This document shows, one piece after another, positions 27,471 to 40,902 of a stretch of 64,000 nucleotides of DNA. Under the pieces are notes generated by a model. It ran no database searches. It was not told the DNA's origin and saw only the letters and a list, made by a program, of their open reading frames with translations. Numbering within the stretch: position 1 is the stretch's first letter; every line of letters begins with the position of its first letter. The stretch comes from Dictyostelium discoideum (Eukaryota). Where the stretch lies: assembly GCA_000004695.1 (NCBI GenBank), contig CM000154.2, positions 2,656,001 through 2,720,000 of the forward strand, given 5' to 3'. The position numbers and the translations under genes were made by a program.

Positions 27471-27595
27471 ATTATTAAAATAAATAAAAAAAAAAAAAAA
27501 AAAGTTTTTTTATAATATAAAGTTTATATTTTATTTTATTTTATGATACAAAATTGATTTTTTGAATGTGTTGTTGTTGTTGTTGTGTTTTATTA

Positions 27596-28417
27596 TTAAG
27601 CAGATAATAAAGTTTCAAATGATTGATTTGTACCATTTTCTAAAACTCTAACTATTGGAGTATATTCACAACGTTTATTGTTTACCAAGTATTGAGTTGC
27701 ATGACTGAATGCTGTTTTCTTTTCATTTGGTGATGATTTTGAACCGATCCAAGTATAGATTTCATTACCTAAATCAATGATGAAAACATCTTCAGATTTT
27801 AATGAGGATTTATTGATTTTACCACGTGAAACTTCAGAGAATTTAAGTGAACCAGATGCATCTGATAATTTGTATAAAACTTTTTCAGATTTGGTTGGGG
27901 CAGTTTCGTGTTTAGCAGCGATTGCACCTTTTCCACCTAAAAGTTTCCAAAATTCAGCTGGAATATCGGAATCGGTTTCACAGAAAACTTCAACTTTTGG
28001 TAAACCTTTTCTTTCTGCATCGATTGCACGTGCAACTTCAGCGGCTTTATTCTTTTCTTGTGGACTTGATTTACTACCATTGAATTGATAAATAGTTAAA
28101 CCTGCATCCAAAAGGAAACAGTCACCACTATTCAATGAACTGGTTGCCAATGGTACTTCAGCGACTTTAGCATTCTTATCACCACTAATATGTAATAATC
28201 TTGGTTTATATTCTGTTGGTTTAACATGATTAAATCCTGATTCAACACCACCTGATAAAATGAAATATTTTGGGAATAATGATAAAAAGCTTGGACTTTC
28301 ATATGATTGACATTGACGATATTGAATTGGTGCACCACCTAAGAAATCATCTAATTCAACTCTATTTTAAAAATAATAAAATAAAATAAAAATATATAAT
28401 CTTAGTAAATAATAATA

Positions 28418-28463
<46 letters not shown>

Positions 28464-28831
28464 CTTGGTCTCCGATTAATAATAACTTACGTTTTATAAG
28501 CAGCAGTGCCAGCTTCATCTTGAGTAGTAAAAGTACCTAAAAAGAAATGAATATCATGTTTAAGTGAATTACCTTCTTTAAAAGTATGTAAAATGATATA
28601 ACTATCACCATCATAGAATTTACCATATGATGATTCTGGAACTGGGACAACTTTAAAATTTTCAATTCTCCAAATCTTGAGACCTGGTGCTTGACCAACA
28701 CCTTTCCATTGAGCTTCAGTTGAAGCTGCATCCAATCTACATTTTTTATCTAAATCTGTTCCAATACCAGCTATAATAAATTTTTAAAAAAAAAAAAAAA
28801 AAAAATTATTATTAATAAATTGTGCAACTGA

Positions 28832-28894
<63 letters not shown>

Positions 28895-28950
28895 TACCAA
28901 CATTAGTTGAAGTAATATCTAATTTTCTATTCTTAATCATTTTTGTATTT
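27596..28950 (-). CDS. sevA: Severin (gelsolin-family F-actin fragmenting protein, 362 aa); exons 28950..28908, 28770..28491, 28361..27596
   Basis: Translation [14 protein letters not shown]|[24 protein letters not shown]...AAYKT|[16 protein letters not shown]...FETLLSA reproduces the known Dictyostelium severin sequence along its whole length, with three gelsolin repeats. Introns are GTAAGT...TATAG (containing an A56 tract) and GTAAGT...AATAG. Total 1089 nt gives 362 aa. Confidence 0.9.
28837..28892. repeat. poly(dA) tract of about 56 nt in sevA intron 1 (poly(dT) on the coding strand)
   Basis: Uninterrupted homopolymer between the exon-2 acceptor at 28770 and the exon-1 donor at 28907. Confidence 0.9.
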
Positions 28951-29249
28951 GTTGTTTTTATAATTGTTTTTTAAATTAATGATTTTAATAAAAAAAAAAA
29001 AATTGTTTAATAAATAGTTGAAAAAATAAAAAAAAAAATAAAATAAAATAAAAAGTCAAAAAATTAAAATATCAAAAAAAAAAAAAAAATAAAAAAAAAA
29101 TAAAAAAAGTTTAAATGAAAAAAATCCCTTTTCATATAAAACAGTTTTCATTAGATCCTTTAACATTTTTGTGAACGATGACTTGGGATCTGGAGATATC
29201 ACCTTTTAATTTTTTTTTTTTTTAATTTTTTTTTTTTTTTTTTTTTTAT

Positions 29250-29365
29250 TGCCCTCTTCCCTTTGGTTTTTTATGATATTTTTTTTTTTTTTTTATTATT
29301 ACTTTTTTTTTTAGTTTGTATATAAAACCCTCTTCCTTTGGTTTTTTGTAATATTTTTTTTTTTT
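29250..29365. promoter_or_regulatory. Duplicated GC-containing element (two imperfect copies of about 38 nt) in the divergent intergenic region between sevA (-) and the UIM-protein gene (+)
   Basis: ttgccctcttccctttggttttttatgatattttttt near 29250 and aaccctcttcctttggttttttgtaatattttttt near 29328. They are direct repeats in otherwise homopolymeric AT sequence. Confidence 0.4.
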
Positions 29366-29875
29366 TTTATCATAAAAATTATTAATTTGTCCAATTCAAA
29401 AAAAAAATAAAAAGTTAAAATATTAATTTTTTTTTTTTTTTTTATAATAAAAATTTGATTTCTTTTGAAACCATGGGGTTATTTTTTTTTTTTTTTCCCA
29501 ATTCACTGAAATCCGCTAACCTGGATTCTCTTTAATATTTGATATTTTTTATTCCTAAATAAAATAATAATAATTTTTTATTTTTTGGCAAACATATTTT
29601 TTCTATTTATAAATACAATTCTCTCTTCATTTCTTTGGTTTTTTTTTTTTTTTTCTTTTTCTTTGGTAAAATCTGTTTGAGTTTTAAATTGATTTTTGGT
29701 TTTTAAAATAGTGACTTGTCATCTTTTTTTTTATTTTTTTTTAATTTTTTTTTTCCAATTTTTTATTTTTAAAATTTTTTATTTTTTTTTTTGTTTTTTT
29801 TTTTTTTTTTTATTTTTTTTTTTTTATTTTTTTCTTCAATTGTGGATAATTAAGAACAACACACGCACGCACACC

Positions 29876-30640
29876 ATGAGTAATAGCGATAAAAATAATA
29901 ATAATAACACTAATAATAATAACAATAATAATAATAATAATAATGGTAACTTTGGTATTTGGGAAGAACCAGATGATGATTCAACAAATGAAAATGAAGA
30001 ATTATTTAATAATTTAATTACCAAAACAACAAAATTTATTGACGACGATGAAGAGGAAGAAGAAGAAGAATCTTCATGGGATACTTTATATGCCAAACAT
30101 GTTGAAACTTCAAACACTACACAACCATTCAATAATAGTAATAGTAATAATAATAATTTTCAAACACAACCAACAAATATTTCAACATTAAATCCAAATA
30201 ATAATAATAGCAATAATAGTAGTAGTGGTAGTAGTAGTAGTAGAGGAGTTAGAACTCCAAGAGGTACAAGATCTAATTCACCACCACAACCATCAAAGAA
30301 TGAAACAGTTCAAAAAGAATCAAGTGGTGATATATCAGAAGGTTTCACTCTTATTGATTCTCCAAATGATAATAATGATAATAAAAATAACAATAAAAAT
30401 AATAATAATGATAGTAATATTGTAGATGATGATGAAGATGAGGAAGAATTCCCAACTCTTTCAAAAAAGAATCAAAAGAGAAAACCAAAGAAATCAACCT
30501 CATCACCATCATCAACATCATCACCAATTGTATCACCACAAACACAAACCTCAAAGCTTGAATCCTCAATGGATGTTAGTCCATCTTCTGGCAAACAATC
30601 TTGGAGTGAATTATTAAAGAATGTAGCAGATGAAGATATA

Positions 30641-30673
<33 letters not shown>

Positions 30674-30768
30674 TCAAACCAATATCATCAAGAAGAAGAG
30701 AATTACTATGATAGTGATGATTATGATAGTTCTCCATTTGCAATTATCAATAATAGTTCAACTACTAC

Positions 30769-30799
<31 letters not shown>

Positions 30800-31546
30800 A
30801 CAACAACAACAACAACCACTACTACTACAAATTCATCCTCTTTACCAATAGTAAATTCACAATCGTTTGAAGAGGGCGAAGAGATTACATCAGATATTAA
30901 GATTGGTATTAAACCAAAAACTGTTACAGTTCCATTCCAATCAACACTCTCTCTTAGAGCAAGAACAAAACAAATTAAAAAAGTTCAACAACAACAACAA
31001 CAATCCTCAAAATCAAAACCAAATAATAATAATAATAAGTTTGTAGATAATAATCCATACGCAGTATTAGAGGAAGAGGAAAGAGCACTTCAATCTGCAA
31101 TTAAAGCTTCACTTCTTTTAAATAGCCCTGTTGATTTAGATTCAAAACAACAAAATGTATCTCAACAAAAACAACAACAAGAACAACAACCAACTACTAC
31201 TACAAACTCTGTATCATCATCTAAATCTAAATCTGTAGCTACTACAGATAAAAATAGAACAACTTCAACAGCAGTAGCACCAACAACATCTTCAAATAAA
31301 AAAGCTAATAAATCAAATAAAACTTCAACTGCTAATACCACCGCTACCACCACTACTACTGCGTCATCCAAAAAGAATAAATCTAATAGCAATAAATCTT
31401 CAAATGTATCAAACACAACCACCACTACATCAACAACAGAAAATAGTGCCTCTGAGGGTAGTTTTATTAAAAATGCTGTTATATTCATCTTCATTTTGCT
31501 ATTAATGGTTGTTGGATTCAAATACACACAAACTTTAAATCAATGA
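29876..31546 (+). CDS. Low-complexity Asn/Ser/Thr-rich protein with a ubiquitin-interacting-motif-like segment and a C-terminal tail-anchor TM; single exon
   Basis: The ORF is open from 29696, but the first plausible ATG is 29876 (MSNSDKNN...). EEEERALQSAIKASLL fits the UIM consensus (acidic run-x-L-x-x-A-x-x-x-S). The C-terminus NAVIFIFILLLMVVGFKYTQTLNQ is a hydrophobic anchor 8 residues before the stop. Confidence 0.55.
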
Positions 31547-31560
31547 AACATTAGAAAATA

Positions 31561-31639
<79 letters not shown>

Positions 31640-31825
31640 GTATTGATAATAATAATAATAATAAATAATAATATAATAATATTAATTAAATAAATGAATA
31701 AATTGAATTTCATATTATTTTTTTTATTTTTTAATTTTTTTTTTTTTATTTTATGTTAACCCAAAATAGTTTTTTTTTTAAATTTCCAAATAATTATTAT
31801 ATGTTTAAAAAAATGATATTAATTT

Positions 31826-32035
31826 TTAAACTCCACAAGGCTTCATACAAATTAAAGCATTAAATCCAGAGAAAAGTCTTCCACATCTTGCAATACATTC
31901 ATTTCTATAATTAGTTCCTGTGGTTGTCCAATTTTCAATATTGGTATTTTCTTCATTATTTTCATTTGAATGAACAATATTAATTGACATTATTAAGTAA
32001 AAAATTAAAATTATTAAAACCATATATTTTTCCAT
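31826..32035 (-). CDS. Putative small secreted cysteine-containing peptide (69 aa)
   Basis: Signal-peptide-like MEKYMVLIILIFYLIMSINIVHS followed by a 46-aa mature region with 4 Cys (ECIARCGRLF...ALICMKPCGV). Evidence is only ORF plus signal peptide. It could be spurious. Confidence 0.3.
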   Translation of the reverse strand: MEKYMVLIILIFYLIMSINIVHSNENNEENTNIENWTTTGTNYRNECIARCGRLFSGFNALICMKPCGV

Positions 32036-32871
32036 TATTTTAGTTGTTTTTTTTTTGTTCTTTGTTTTGAAAAAAAAAAAAAAAAAAAATCAAATAAATA
32101 GTTTTTTTCAATTGCACATGTAATAATTAAATTAATAATAATAATAAAAAATTAAAAATTTATTTTAAAAAAAGTGAAAAAAAGAAAATCTAATATAAAA
32201 AAAAAAAAAAAAATTCTCAAGGTAATTGAAGATTTGTTTTTTTTTTTTAAATAATTGTTTCCCCAATAAATATTTAAAATATAAAAGTACTGATTGGTTT
32301 ATTTTTTATTTTTTAATTCTTTTTTTTGTTTTTGTTTTTTGTTTTTTATTCCCTTATTGAGTGGTTGAAATAATTCAAGTTATTAATTATTACCTTTTTG
32401 GTTTCCCTTTATTAATTTATTTTTTTTTATTTTTTTTAAAATTTTTTTTTTTTTTTTTCACCATTTACACATTTTATTTTATTTTTTTTTTTATTTTTTT
32501 TTTTCATAAAATAAAATATGTGAGCAATGAAAAATGTGTGAATTTAAATAATAAATCATTGAGCACTAATTTTGTTTATTAAATAATAAAGGTAAATAAA
32601 TATATTGGATTTAATTCTCTTTTATTTTTAATTTAATCAATTATTTTATTCTTTTTTTTTTTATTATAAATTATTTTATTTTCATTATTTTTTTTTATAT
32701 TTTATTTTTATCTCTTTTAAATTAATATTAATTAATTATTTCAATTAAACATATAATATTTTTTTTCTATATTTCACTTTATAATATACTTATTATCTTT
32801 TTTTTATTTTTATTTTTTTTTTTATTTTTTTTTTTTATTAAACAATACATTTAAACTTATTTTTAAAATTT

Positions 32872-35800
32872 ATGAAATTAACAAATTCTATTTCTCCAAC
32901 TAATTTAGATGGTGAAATAAATAAAAACTCACAGCCATCAAATGATAATCAACAACAACAACAACCCAAAATCAATAAAATTATTAATAAATTTTCAGAA
33001 TCAATTAATTCAGTTTCAAAAACAATTGGTAAAGGTATTGGAGATTTAACATCATCAAATGCATTGGATGAACATATTAAAAATCATAATTCAAATTTTA
33101 TAGATCCATTCTATAATGAGGAGGCAGTTGTTGTTGTAGATGATGAGAATATTCGTAGTCTCATTGGTGATAATTGTAGTAGTATTGGTAATATTGGTGT
33201 AAATGGTATTGAAGCATTCTATGGTGAACATAATAATAAGAAATCTGAATTGATTAAACAATTCTTAAAGATCAATTCAACCAATAATAAATCTAATCAA
33301 ACTATTGTAGTTGATCATATGGATTATAGTGTAATGGAAAGACAATCATCATCATCATCATCATCATCATCACGATCCACTGGTGTTAGTAAATTAATTC
33401 CATTTTTAAAGAGAAAAGAAAAGATTGAAATTTTAAAGGATTTATCATTTTATTTGAAACCAGGTATGATGGTGTTATTATTGAGTGAAGCAGGTTCAGG
33501 TGTTTCAACATTATTCAAATGTTTAACAAATAGAATTCCAAAACGTGGTTCAATCAATGGTGATATTCTATTTGATAATGAACCAATTGATGGAGAGTCA
33601 CATCATTCACAATATCTATTCGTTCAACAATCTGATCATCACATTTCAACATTAACAGTGAAAGAGACATTGGAATTCTCAATTGAATGTCAATCAAATT
33701 TATCAAGAGAAGCAAAGAAACAATTATCATCCAATATTCTATCGATTCTTGGTATTAGTCATGTTGCAGATACTTATATTGGTAATCAATCAATTCGTGG
33801 TATTTCAGGTGGTCAAAAGAAACGTATGACAGTTGCAGTTGAATTGGTTAAGGGTGCAAAGGCAATAATGATAGATCAAGCCACCAATGGGTTAGATTCA
33901 ACATCAGCATTTGAATTGTTAAATTCGATTCAAATGATTTCAAAAGTATCAAATGTACCAGCATTGGTATCATTGTTACAACCATCTCCAGAGATTTTCT
34001 CATTATTCTCACATATATTAATGATGAAAGATGGTGAAATCACATTCTTTGGTGAGAAACATCAAATTTTCGATCATTTCTCTGATTATGGTTTAGAATG
34101 TAAAGATAAACAAAATCCAGCTGAATTTCTCTCTTCAATTTATCATCAAGCTCAATTGGATCCAGATTGTCAATTAAAATCATCAAGTGATTTCATTGTA
34201 GCTTATAAACAATCGCAATATTATAAAGATTGTTTAATTAAGATTAGTCAAGAAAGATTATCAAATCATAAATTTAGTGGTGATAAATCTATAAAAATAA
34301 TTGAAAATGAAAAAGAACAACAACAACAAGAAATTTATCAATTATCATTAATTAAACAAATTCAATTAAATTTAAAGAGAGCATTTTTAACAACAATTAG
34401 AGATAGAGCATCAATTTTATCAAGGGTTATCAAATCATCATTGTTAGGTTTATTAATTGGCACTTTATTTTTCCAATTGGATTCTAGTCAAAAGTCAGCA
34501 AATTTATTACCATCATTATCATTCTTTTTGTTAACATTTGTTGTATTTGGTTCATTGGCTGGTGTTGGTCAAGTATTTTCAGAGAGACCTGTGTTTTATG
34601 ATCAAAAGATTGGAAAATATTATAAGAGTATTGCATACTTTTTCGCAGGTTTAGTATCGGATTTAATTTGGAATTTCATTGATGTTATTATCTTTTGTTC
34701 AATTTCATATTGGTTAATTGGTCTTAATCATTCGGCAGATAGATTCTTCTTTTTCTTATTGGCAATTTATTTATTGGATTGTTTGGTTAATAGAGTCTCA
34801 AAGATGGTTTCAATTTATTCACCAAATGCAGCGATCGCTTCAACTATTGCACCATTGTATTTCAGTTTGTTCCTTTTAATGGCAGGTTATTTAATTCACC
34901 GTAATTCAATACCAATCTATTGGAGATGGATGCATTATATATCACCATTTAAATGGGTTTTTGAAGCAATTCTCTCAAATCAACTTCATGGTCAAACTTT
35001 TACTTGTAAATCTGATGAATTATTACCACCAATTGGTTATCCACTCTTAAATGTTAGTTTTCCTGATGGATATAGTGGTTCACAAGTTTGTCCAATCATT
35101 GATGGTATTGAAATTTTAAAATCAAAAGATATAAACTCTGATTATAGTTATAAATATTATTCAGTTTGGATTATACTTTCAATGTATTTACTCTTTTCAA
35201 TTTTATCAATTATTGGTTTATCAAATATAACATTTGATAATATAATTTCAAATAAAGAAAAGAATAATGGTAATGGTAATAATAATTATAATGGTAAAGA
35301 ATCAATTAATGAAGAATCAATTAAATTATCAATTAAACAACATCAACAAAAACAATTTGAATCAAATGAAAAATGTTATTTAACATTTAAGAATTTAACA
35401 TATAAAGTTTTGATAAAGAAAAAGAATCATCAAAAAGTTTCACGTACATTATTACATGATATTAATGGTTATGTTAAACCTGGTTCAATGGTAGCATTGA
35501 TTGGTAGTAGTGGTGCAGGTAAATCAACACTATTGGATATTTTAGCCAATAGAAAGGATCAAGGTATAATTAGTGGTGAAATTCTATTGAATGGTAAAGC
35601 AAGAGATAAATGTTTCAATCGTTATGTCGCCTATGTAGAACAAGAGGATACTTTACCAGATTTTCAAACTGTAAGAGAGGCAATTACATTTTCAGCTTTA
35701 TTAAGATTACCAAATGATACAATGACTCATCAAGATAAATTAGATACTGTTGATTACATTTTAGATGTTTTAGAATTGAATTCCATTGCAAATACATTAA

Positions 35801-37458
35801 TTGGTAAAGTAGATCATGGTATCACTCAAGAACAAAGAAAAAGAGTAAACATTGCAATTGAAATGGCTTCATTACCAGATATATTATTCCTTGATGAACC
35901 TACAACAGGTCTTACAAGTGTAGCTGCTGAATTAATTATGCAATTAATTAAAAGGGTAGCATTAGATGGTAGATCAGTGATTTGCACAATTCATCAACCA
36001 TCTGAAACTATATTTAAAAAGTTTGATAGTATTTTATTATTAACTCAAGGTGGTTTTGTTGCTTATTTTGGTGAACTTGGTCCAAATTGTAGAACTGTAC
36101 TCAACTATTGTTCAGATTTAGGTTTTAATTGTCCACAAGGTAAAAATCCTGCTGATTTCTTATTGGATTTCTCTGCTTCATTTAATTCCGCAAGTAGATT
36201 AGCTTCAAATGATAAAATGATTCCATCAATTAGATCAAGAATTAAAAATGTTGGTAATTATTGTTTTGATGGAAGTTCAAATTTAAATAATAAAAATGAA
36301 ATTAAACAACAACAAACAACAACTCAAAATGTAAACCTTGGTAATGAAGATAAACAACAACAACAACAAGAAGAAGCTAATGATGACAATAATATTCAAG
36401 AAGCAACTAGTAGTAATAGTAATAATAATAATAATAATGATATTATTGATAATTATCAATTTTCAAATTTAAATAGAGATACAATTGAAATTATTGATAG
36501 TGGTTTACCAATTGGTTTTATTAGTAAAACATTTAAAGAAAAGAATGCAACATCATTTTTATTTCAATTCTTTATGTTATTATTTAGATTCTTTGTTTGT
36601 GCAATTAGAAGAAGAAATTTAATTATGACAAGAATCATTAGATCCATATTGCTATCAGTTGTAACAGGTACATTATATTTACAGTTAAAGAATGATCAAG
36701 ATGGTGTAATGGATAGAATTAGTTTTATTTTCTTTACTTCAACATTTGCTTCAATTTCATGTCTTTCAAATATTCCAACAGTGTTTGAAGATCGTTTTCT
36801 ATTCTATCATGAATTGAACTCCAATACATACCGTCATCTAAGTTACATTTTAGCAATGATTTTAGCCGATTTACCATTCACCATAATGTACTCTTTATTG
36901 TTTAGTGCTCCTATTTATTGGATTGTTGGCCTTCAAAATGATGTTGATAAATTCTTGTTCTTCATATTCGTATATTATCTATATCTTCAAGTGTTGGTAT
37001 CATTTTCACAATTGTTAGGTATGGTTAGTCCAACATTAGCAACTGCCAATGAAATCACAGGTATCTCCTTCTCTGTGTTTAGTTTATTCGCTGGTTTTAT
37101 CATAAAGAAAGATGATATACCTTCCTATTATAAATGGTTAAATTATGTCTCGATCACTCGTTATTTGGTTGAACCATTAACTGTAAATGAAATGACTGGT
37201 AGTGTTTCATTTCATTGTGAACCTCATCAATTGATTCCAGTACCAATTCATTATACTCCTACCAATGCCACTGCCTCAGAACCAACTAAATTGGTCTTTA
37301 AATCATTTTGTCCAATCACTCAAGGTAATCAAGTACTCTATCAATTCGATATTAATGATACCGATAAATTTGAAGATACTTTTGTTTTAATTGGTTTATT
37401 TATTGGTTTTTTATTATTAATTTTAATATTTTCAAAAATTTTAAAATTTAAAAAATAA
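32872..37458 (+). CDS. Full-size ABC transporter, G subfamily (NBD-TMD-NBD-TMD, PDR-type); single exon, 1528 aa
   Basis: Two Walker A motifs ([11 protein letters not shown] and [12 protein letters not shown]). Two ABC signature/Walker B regions ([16 protein letters not shown] and [10 protein letters not shown]). Each NBD is followed by a 6-helix ABC2-type membrane domain. Confidence 0.9.
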
Positions 37459-37499
37459 TTTTCTAAAATTAAATTTAATTATTTTAATAATAATTAAAA

Positions 37500-37533
<34 letters not shown>

Positions 37534-38066
37534 GTATTTATTAATCTCTCAATAATAAAATAAAAAAACATTTCAAACATGATGATTATACATTATTATA
37601 TTTTTAAAATTTTATATTAACAAAAATGAGTGAGTTAATTTTAAAATAGTAATAAAATATTTCTTAATCATATTTGGTGAATTGTTTATTATTAAAAAAT
37701 ATCTCTTAAAAGATTTCAATAATAATTTAAAATAAAAAAAATTGGAAAATAATAAATAAATAAAGAATTGAAAAAATATAAAAAAATGATTATTTTAAAT
37801 TATTTTATTTTAATAATTTCTTATCAATATTTATTAATTGATAACCATCTTGATTTTTCAAAAAAAAAAATAAAAAAATAAAAAAAAAAAAAAACATAAA
37901 CAATAAATAAATTAAAATAACAAAAATTTAATATTTAAATAAAAAAAAAGAAAGAAATTAAAATAATTTATTTTTTTATTATTATTATTTTATTTTTATT
38001 ATTTTATTTTTATTTTAGTGTTAGCATTAAATAAATATTAATACAATTGAAGAGTTTTTAAAAATC

Positions 38067-39260
38067 CTATTGTTTTAAAGATAATTCAATGACAGACATT
38101 CTTTTACTATCTGGAAGGATTAAAATTGTATCGATTTTAAATGGTGATTTTTCGAATATAGTTTTCCATTCATTTTGAGATCTCTCTTTACCATTAAAAT
38201 TTACTATCATTTCTAGAAATAATTTTAAAAAAAAAAAAAAAAAAAAATTAATATTTAATTATTATTTTTATAATATATATTAAAAAAATAAATAAAATAA
38301 AATAAAATACATACGTAAATCAAAATAGAATGGAGCATATGGTTGATTTTTTGGTTGAACTATATGATCAAAAACATAAACTTTACCATTTGGTTTAATT
38401 GATTTTGAAATTTTATCCAAAATTGTTAAAACTTTATCATCATTAAACATATGAAAAATAAATTTCAAAGTATAACAATCGGCAGAAGGATAATCAGAAT
38501 CAACAAATAAATCGGAAGCAACTTCAGAATAACGTTTATCAAATTCAGCAGCACCATTTTCATTGTTAACTTTGTTTTGATTAATTACCAATGGTAAATC
38601 GAAATTAATAAAAGATTCAACTAATTGACCTCTTGAACTTTTAGCAATTGATTTTAACAATTCACCAGAAGAACCACCCAAATCAACGATTGATTTATAT
38701 TGATTGAAATCAATATACTCTAAAATTGTTTTAATTTCATCAGAAGTGAAACTAGTCATTGTGTTATGAAAATGGGCGTTCAACGATTTATCTTTTTCAA
38801 AGAGTTCCCATGCACTTGAAAATCCTTGGCTGGTCATACCTTGACTAGTACCGCATTCAATGGTTTTATCTAAATACATAAATGATTGAATTACATTTGG
38901 ATGTGATTGGAGGTACACATTGTTAACCCAGCTATCAGAATTTGAATTTCTAAGTAAATTTGATAATCTTGAATTTCTGAAGACTCCATCCTCCACTTCA
39001 TCTTCAATGAAAATACCAATGGTTGATAATGTTCTTAATAATCTATATAAATTATCACAATTAACTTTTAAAATCTCGGATAATTCTTTACATGATTTTG
39101 ATTTATCTTCCAATAATTGTGGAATTTTATATTTTAATGCACAACTAAGAGCATTTGATTTTGTATACCCAATGGCAACATCAATTAAAAAATTCTTATC
39201 TTGTATTTCTTGCTGTTGTTGTTTAATTAAATTTTCATCACAATCCGAATTTGAAATCAT
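38067..39260 (-). CDS. Class I SAM-dependent O-methyltransferase (plant caffeic-acid-OMT family); exons 39260..38315 and 38212..38067
   Basis: SAM-binding motif VDLGGSSGELL. OMT C-terminal motifs are split by the intron GTATGT...TCTAG: ..YFDL|QMIVNFNGKERSQNEWKTIFEKSPFKIDTILILPDSKRMSVIELSLKQ (compare GKERTEKEW...SVIE in plant OMTs). Phase is 1/1. Confidence 0.8.
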
Positions 39261-39295
39261 TATTTTTTTTTTTTTTTTTTTAAAAAAAATATTAT

Positions 39296-39344
<49 letters not shown>

Positions 39345-40618
39345 AATAATATATATGTTTGTTGGAAATAATAATAATATAGTAAAAGATAATAATAATT
39401 ATAATTAAATATATTAATATTTTTTTGATTGAATTAAAAATATATTAAAAAAAAAAAAAAAAAATTATTTATAGAATTTAAAAAATTACAAATTGACCAA
39501 TTAAAATTAAAAATGAAAAATGTTTAATGTTTTTTTTTTTTTTATATTTTTACACTTTTTATTTCACCCCCCACTACCATTTTTTTTTTTTTTTTTTTTT
39601 AATAATATTTCATATCTCACACCCCCAAAAAAAACACCAAAAATAATATTTTGCAGACATATTTCATTTTATTTATAATAATCCATTGTAAAAAAAAAAA
39701 AATAAAAAAAAAAAAAAAAAAAAAAAATAATTAAAAAAATAATAAAAAATAAAAATAAAATCACACTAAAACACACATGCACACACTTTGGTACCATCTG
39801 CATTAATTCTTAATTTTAAAATAAATTTATATAATTTTATATGTATTTTTATGTATTTGTATAGAAAATAAAAAAAAAAACAATATAAAAAAAATAAAAA
39901 ACAAAAAAATAAATAAATAAATAATAATTAAATTTTAAAAAAATACTATAAAAAAAATTTTAATGAAATTTTCAACAAACAGATATACTATTATTAACAA
40001 TTCGGTTAATTTAATAGATAAAAACAACACTTTATTTGTTTACAAAATATTATATTTACCTCATATTTATTTAATAATTTAAAGGAGAAGTAATCTCTTT
40101 TGTGTTTATGTAAAAAATTTAGTTTTTAAAAATATTACTTAATATTTTTAAAGCATTACCACCAAAATTTATTTTTAGAAAAAAAAGAAATTGATTTTTT
40201 TTTTTTTTTTTTTTTTTATTTTCATTTTTATTTTTATTTTTTTTTTTTTTATTTTTTTATTTTTTTATTTTTTTTGGATTAATACCCAAACAATAATGAA
40301 GGGGTTTTATTGGTTGTAAATATCTTAAATAATAATGATAATAATAAAAATGATAGTATCATTTTATTATTTTTGTTATTATTATTATTATTATTATTTA
40401 GATATTCAATCAATAATACAAGACTTATTATTTTCTATCTTTATTAGAAATTCATCATCAAAATTTCCGTATTGTTTAATTGGATTTAAAATTGAGATTT
40501 TGATTCAATAATAAAATTAATATGTATTCCATTTTTGGTGAGCACAATTAATACATATTTAAAAGAAAATGTAAAAAAAAAAAATCTGAAATCAGTTGGT
40601 TTGAATTTTCGTGTGATT

Positions 40619-40655
<37 letters not shown>

Positions 40656-40742
40656 GAAAGCAATATCAATATCTTTTAAAATAGGTCATTTTTATAAGAA
40701 ATCCATATTGGGTATTTCCTAAAAAGATAAAATACCAATCAA

Positions 40743-40743
<1 letters not shown>

Positions 40744-40826
<83 letters not shown>
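40744..40826. repeat. (AAT)n of about 28 units in the 2.5-kb intergenic AT desert between the OMT and FNIP genes
   Basis: Perfect trinucleotide run. Confidence 0.9.
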
Positions 40827-40827
<1 letters not shown>

Positions 40828-40860
40828 GGGGCAATATTATTATTATTTTTCTGAATTATT

Positions 40861-40902
<42 letters not shown>

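Noticed and set aside
27777-28338. Plus ORF 27777..28088 and minus ORF 28132..28338 inside the severin locus
   Set aside because: These are the wrong strand or wrong frame of sevA exon 3. Severin is read exactly in the other frame.
38920-39408. Plus ORF of 162 aa overlapping the O-methyltransferase gene
   Set aside because: It is antisense to the OMT coding exon and ends in a poly-F run produced by a poly(dT) tract.
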